DNA of 64,000 nucleotides from an uncultured Bacillota bacterium. GTDB taxonomy: Bacteria > Sysuimicrobiota > Sysuimicrobiia > Sysuimicrobiales > Segetimicrobiaceae. The notes beneath the pieces were generated by a model. It worked only from the letters and a program-made list of their open reading frames with translations, did not search any database and was not told the DNA's origin. Of this stretch, positions 60,071-64,000 are shown piece after piece. A program made the position numbers and the translations under genes. The stretch is from positions 96,001-160,000 of the forward strand of contig CAWDRG010000001.1 of the NCBI GenBank assembly GCA_963804645.1, read 5' to 3'. Each line of letters begins with the position of its first letter. Position 1 is the stretch's first letter.

Positions 60071-60341
60071 TCTCGCCGCCGCAGCGGTCGACACGCGACG
60101 ATTATACCATGCCGGGCCGCGGCCCCGGGACGCCCCTTGACCCCGGGGTCCGAAGGGACCGCGACTGAGACCCGCGGGGAGCGCGCGGCCGCTCGGGGCG
60201 CCGCGTTCGTCGGCCCGCCGTAGGCCGGCCGGCGTTCGGGCGTCCGAAGAACGGGGTGCACGGCAGAGGACTGCCGCCCGGACTGCCGAATAGTGGTCGG
60301 CTTAATCGGTACATTCACGTTACAACAGGGGAGGGAAACGC

Positions 60342-61943
60342 ATGGGCAACCCGTTTTCACATGCACGGGGTGCAATCAGCGCGCTCATCATCGCGTCGAT
60401 GCTGGTCCTGGGTCTCGTCGTCGTCCCCGGCTCCGTCACCGGCTGGGCCGCGACGCCGACGACCTTCATCTGGGGCAAGTCGGGTGACGCGGACACGCTC
60501 GACAACAACGTCAGCTCGAACGGCGAGACCTCCGAGGTAACCACGCAGATCTTCAACCTGCTCGTCCGGGCGAAGCCCGGCCAGACCGACGTGGAGCCGG
60601 ATCTCGCCACGAGCTGGTCGGTCTCTCCCGATGGCCTGACCTGGACGTTCCAACTGCGGCAGGGCGTGACGTTCCAGGACGGCACGCCGTGGAACGCCGC
60701 CGCGGCGAAGTTCAACTTCGACCGCTGGGCCGACCCCAAGAATCCGTACCACGCGGTCAAGGGGTTTGACTACGAGTACTGGTCCGACTTCATGGCCGAT
60801 TCGTACAAGGAGGCCCGAGTCGCCGCCCCGTACACGCTGCAGCTCGTGCTGAGCAAGCCGAACTCGCCGCTTCTCTACAACCTCTCGATCATCGCGTTCG
60901 AGTTCAACAGCCCGGCCTCCCTGAAACAGTACGGCGCCCAGGGCGTCGGTCAGCATCCGGTGGGGACCGGCCCGTACAAGCTCGTCGAGTGGGTGCGGGC
61001 CGACCACGTGACGCTGCAGGCGAACCCGTCGTTCTTCCGCAAAGGACTCCCGAAGACGCAGCGGGTCATCATGCGCGTGATCACGGACAATGCGGCGCGG
61101 TTCCTCGCGCTCAAGTCGGGCGACATCCAGGCGATGGAAGCGCCGAACCCCGACGACGTGAAGGTCGCGATGTCCGACCCGAATCTGAAGCTCGGCTACC
61201 GGCCCGCGTTCAACACCGGGTGGCTCCGCTTCAACATGAACAACGACATCTTCAAGGACAAACGCATCCGCGAAGCGGTCGCGTACGCGATCAACCGCAA
61301 GGCGATCGTCGACGCGCTGTACGGGGGCTACGGGACGGTCGCGGATCAGCACATGCCCCCGCTGATGTGGGGCCGCGCGAACGTGACCGGCTACGCGTAC
61401 GATCCGGCAAAGGCGAAGCAGCTGCTCGCCGAGGCCCAGTACCCGAACGGGTTCTCGTTCGACTTCTGGTACATCCCGGTCAGCCGGCCGTACTTCCCGA
61501 ACGGGAAGGACATCGGCACCGCGGTCGCCAGCGACCTGGCCCAGGTCGGGATCCGGGCCCACCTGCAGACCGAGGATTGGTCCACCTACCTGCAGGACCG
61601 CAAGACCAACAAGTTCGCGATGTTCATGATCGGGTGGATCGGCGACAACGGCGATCCCGACGACTGGCTGGGGTACTTCTTCCCGAAGTACGATGCGCAG
61701 AACGCGTACTTGTCGTACAACAACCCCGCGGTCTTTGACCTGATCAACAAGGCCAAGGTCACCTCCGACCAGGCGCAGCGGGCGAGCATGTACGCCCAGG
61801 CCGAGACCATGATCATCAACGACTACCGCGACATCCCGCTGGCCCACGCGAAGGTCCCGCTCCTGATGAGCAAGAAAGTCCAGGGCCTCGTCGGCCAGCC
61901 CGACGCGAACGAGTACATGGAACTGGTGTCCGTGCAGCCGTAG
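60342..61943 (+). CDS. Peptide ABC transporter substrate-binding protein (DppA-like, family 5)
   Basis: EPDLATSWSVSPDGLTWTFQLRQGVTFQDG, PVGTGPY and GWIGDNGDPD. Confidence 0.95.
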   Translation: MGNPFSHARGAISALIIASMLVLGLVVVPGSVTGWAATPTTFIWGKSGDADTLDNNVSSNGETSEVTTQIFNLLVRAKPGQTDVEPDLATSWSVSPDGLTWTFQLRQGVTFQDGTPWNAAAAKFNFDRWADPKNPYHAVKGFDYEYWSDFMADSYKEARVAAPYTLQLVLSKPNSPLLYNLSIIAFEFNSPASLKQYGAQGVGQHPVGTGPYKLVEWVRADHVTLQANPSFFRKGLPKTQRVIMRVITDNAARFLALKSGDIQAMEAPNPDDVKVAMSDPNLKLGYRPAFNTGWLRFNMNNDIFKDKRIREAVAYAINRKAIVDALYGGYGTVADQHMPPLMWGRANVTGYAYDPAKAKQLLAEAQYPNGFSFDFWYIPVSRPYFPNGKDIGTAVASDLAQVGIRAHLQTEDWSTYLQDRKTNKFAMFMIGWIGDNGDPDDWLGYFFPKYDAQNAYLSYNNPAVFDLINKAKVTSDQAQRASMYAQAETMIINDYRDIPLAHAKVPLLMSKKVQGLVGQPDANEYMELVSVQP

Positions 61944-62256
61944 CGACACTGGCGGGCGGTACTCGGCGGGGACGCGGCGACATGCCGCGTCCCCGCTCCG
62001 TTTTGCGGAGCGGCGGCCGTCCGCGGCTCCTGCGCTGGTCCAGCAGGGTCCGGCCGGCTGAGGGAATCCTCACGAGCGTGCGCCCGTTCACGTCCTCCCG
62101 AGCGACCAGCCCGCGAGCATTCGCATCTTCCCACGCCGGGAGCCTGGGGCATGACGTGCGCCAGGCCTCCATCACCTCGTCGTAACCGCGGTCGCCCGCT
62201 GCCACCCGCTCAAGCAGGTCGAAGATCAGCGCTTCGACCACCGGATCGATCACCAC
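61816..62256 (-). CDS. Small conserved-looking hypothetical protein (3' part probably read-through)
   Basis: EALIFDLLE...YDEVMEAWRTSCPRLPAWEDA core of about 75 aa; GGAGG RBS; the rest of the ORF runs through the terminator into the convergent gene. Confidence 0.6.
   Translation of the reverse strand: MVIDPVVEALIFDLLERVAAGDRGYDEVMEAWRTSCPRLPAWEDANARGLVAREDVNGRTLVRIPSAGRTLLDQRRSRGRPPLRKTERGRGMSPRPRRVPPASVATAARTPVPCTRSRRAGRRGPGLSCSSGAGPSRGPAGCRGSR
61964..62004 (+). terminator. Intrinsic terminator
   Basis: GCGGGGACGCGGC-GACAT-GCCGCGTCCCCGC followed by TCCGTTTT. Confidence 0.7.
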
Positions 62257-62463
62257 GTATCCTCCCCGTGCGCGTGCTCACGGCGATCGCCCGCACAGGC
62301 TCGGGCCGAGCGTTCGGACCGGCGCGAGGCTTCGCCCTGCGCCGGCGGCCTTCCCGTCGCCCGGATCCGGAGACGCGAAGGCCCCGCGCGCAAGGGAGTC
62401 CCGAACGAAGCGCGAATACCCCTCCAACCTCCGGCGGGCTGCCGGACTTCTCGGGGGTACCTC

Positions 62464-64000
62464 ATGCGCAGACACATGGGTATCGGCGCTACCGTCGCGA
62501 CCCTGGCGATCACGACCATGCTGGTCGGCGGCCTCATCGCCGTCCCGGGCTCCGTCACCGGGTGGGCGGCGGCACCGGCCACGTTCATCTGGGGGAAATC
62601 CGGAGAGGCGGATACCCTTGACAGCCCGATCAGCACGAGCGGTGAGACCTACGCGGTCACGACCCAAATCTTCAACGCGCTCGTGCGCATGAAGCCCGGG
62701 GGCACCGACATCGAGCCCGACTTGGCCACGAGCTGGTCGGTGTCGTCAGACGGCCTCACGTGGACGTTCAAACTGCGCCAGGGTGTGACCTTCCAGGACG
62801 GCACCCCGTGGAACGCCGCGGCGGCGAAGTTCAACGTCGACCGGTGGGCCGACGCCAAGAACCCGCTCCACACCGTCCCCCAGGGCTTCGTGTATGAGTA
62901 CTGGAACGACTTCATGGCGCCCTCGTTCCAGGAGGCGCGGGTCGTCGACCCGTACACGCTGCAGTTCGTCCTGACGAAGCCGAACGCCCCCCTGATCTAC
63001 AATCTCTCGATCATCGCGTTCTCCTTCACCAGCCCCGCGGCGCTGCAACAGTACGGTGCGGTGGGAAGCGGCCAGCACCCGGTGGGCACCGGCCCCTTCA
63101 AGTTCGTCGAGTGGGCGCACAACGACCACATCACGCTGGAAGCGAATCCGTCGTTTTTCCGCACGGGCCTGCCAAAGCTCCAGCGCGTGATCATGCGCGT
63201 GATGCCTGACAATGCGGCGCGGTTCCTCGCGCTCAAGGCGGGCGAGATCCAGGCGATGGAGCTGCCGAACCCCGACGACGTCAAGGCCGCGGCGGCCGAC
63301 CCGAACCTCGCGGTCATCTACCGACCGCCGTTCAACACCGGCTGGCTCCGGTTCAACATGAACGACACCCAGTGGCAGGACAAGCGCGTGCGCGAGGCCG
63401 TGGCGCTCGCGATCAACCGGAAGGCGATCGTGGATGCGCTCTACGGCGGCTACGGCGTCGTCGCGGACCAGCACATGCCCCCGGGCATGTGGGGCCGCGC
63501 GAACGTGTCGGGCTATCCCTACAACCCGGCCATGGCCAAGCAGCTGCTCGCCGAGGCCGGGTATCCGAACGGGTTCTCGTTTGACTTCTGGTACCTGCCG
63601 ATCGCCCGCGCGTATTTCCCGAACGGCAAAGACATCGGGACCGCGATCGCGAACGACCTCGGCCGGGTCGGCATTAAGGCCCAGCTGATGACCGAGGACT
63701 GGACGACCTACGGCCACGACCGGAATACCAACAAGTTCCAGCTGTTCATGATCGGCTGGAGCGGCGACGACGGCGACCCCGACGATTGGCTCGGCTTCTT
63801 TTTCCCGCGGTACGATGCGACCAACGCCTACCTCTCCTACAACAACCCGGCCGTGTTCGACCTCGTCAACAAGGCGAAGGTCGTCTCCGGGCAGGCCGCG
63901 CGGGCGCAGCTGTATGCGCAGGCCGAAACGATGATCCTCAACGATTATCGGGACGTGCCGATCGCGCACTCGCGGGTGCCGCTGCTGCTCCGGAAGAACG
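62464..64000 (+). CDS. Second peptide ABC transporter substrate-binding protein (partial, runs off window)
   Basis: Close paralogue of 60342-61943 (TFIWGKSG, EPDLATSWSVS, GWSGDDGDPD); open to the window end. Confidence 0.93.
   Translation, partial: MRRHMGIGATVATLAITTMLVGGLIAVPGSVTGWAAAPATFIWGKSGEADTLDSPISTSGETYAVTTQIFNALVRMKPGGTDIEPDLATSWSVSSDGLTWTFKLRQGVTFQDGTPWNAAAAKFNVDRWADAKNPLHTVPQGFVYEYWNDFMAPSFQEARVVDPYTLQFVLTKPNAPLIYNLSIIAFSFTSPAALQQYGAVGSGQHPVGTGPFKFVEWAHNDHITLEANPSFFRTGLPKLQRVIMRVMPDNAARFLALKAGEIQAMELPNPDDVKAAAADPNLAVIYRPPFNTGWLRFNMNDTQWQDKRVREAVALAINRKAIVDALYGGYGVVADQHMPPGMWGRANVSGYPYNPAMAKQLLAEAGYPNGFSFDFWYLPIARAYFPNGKDIGTAIANDLGRVGIKAQLMTEDWTTYGHDRNTNKFQLFMIGWSGDDGDPDDWLGFFFPRYDATNAYLSYNNPAVFDLVNKAKVVSGQAARAQLYAQAETMILNDYRDVPIAHSRVPLLLRKN

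Noticed and set aside
1..64000. CRISPR arrays, tRNA/rRNA genes, prophage or defence genes
   Set aside because: No regularly spaced repeats, RNA gene signatures or such protein motifs seen by eye

Overview
A high-GC (about 70% by eye) bacterial chromosomal segment. It combines Firmicutes-style regulation (T-box, CIRCE, ARG boxes) with outer-membrane proteins (TolC, an SLH-domain porin), which suggests a diderm Terrabacteria lineage; this is inference only. Most of the window is housekeeping: recO-cdd, ybeY-dgkA-hlyC, argCJBDGHR, carAB, hrcA-dnaJ-prmA, murJ, rpsT, holA and thrS. Accessory blocks include a putative Zur-controlled SLH-porin/znuACB/zur operon, an SDR + QueA-like pair, a MacAB-TolC-like exporter with a two-component system, and tandem peptide-binding proteins. 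There are two independent IS256-family insertions. The main finding is an IS110/IS1111-type element (53456-55139) inserted inside the right terminal inverted repeat of the second IS256. It has a duplicated CT core, 10-bp sub-terminal IRs and a predicted circle-junction promoter. Its 3' non-coding region carries bridge/seek-RNA-like guide segments complementary to the IS256 IR and to its own junctions. A promoter-hairpin-terminator unit upstream of carA is a candidate sRNA or attenuator. Single-base frameshifts in argG, argB and thrS look like assembly errors.
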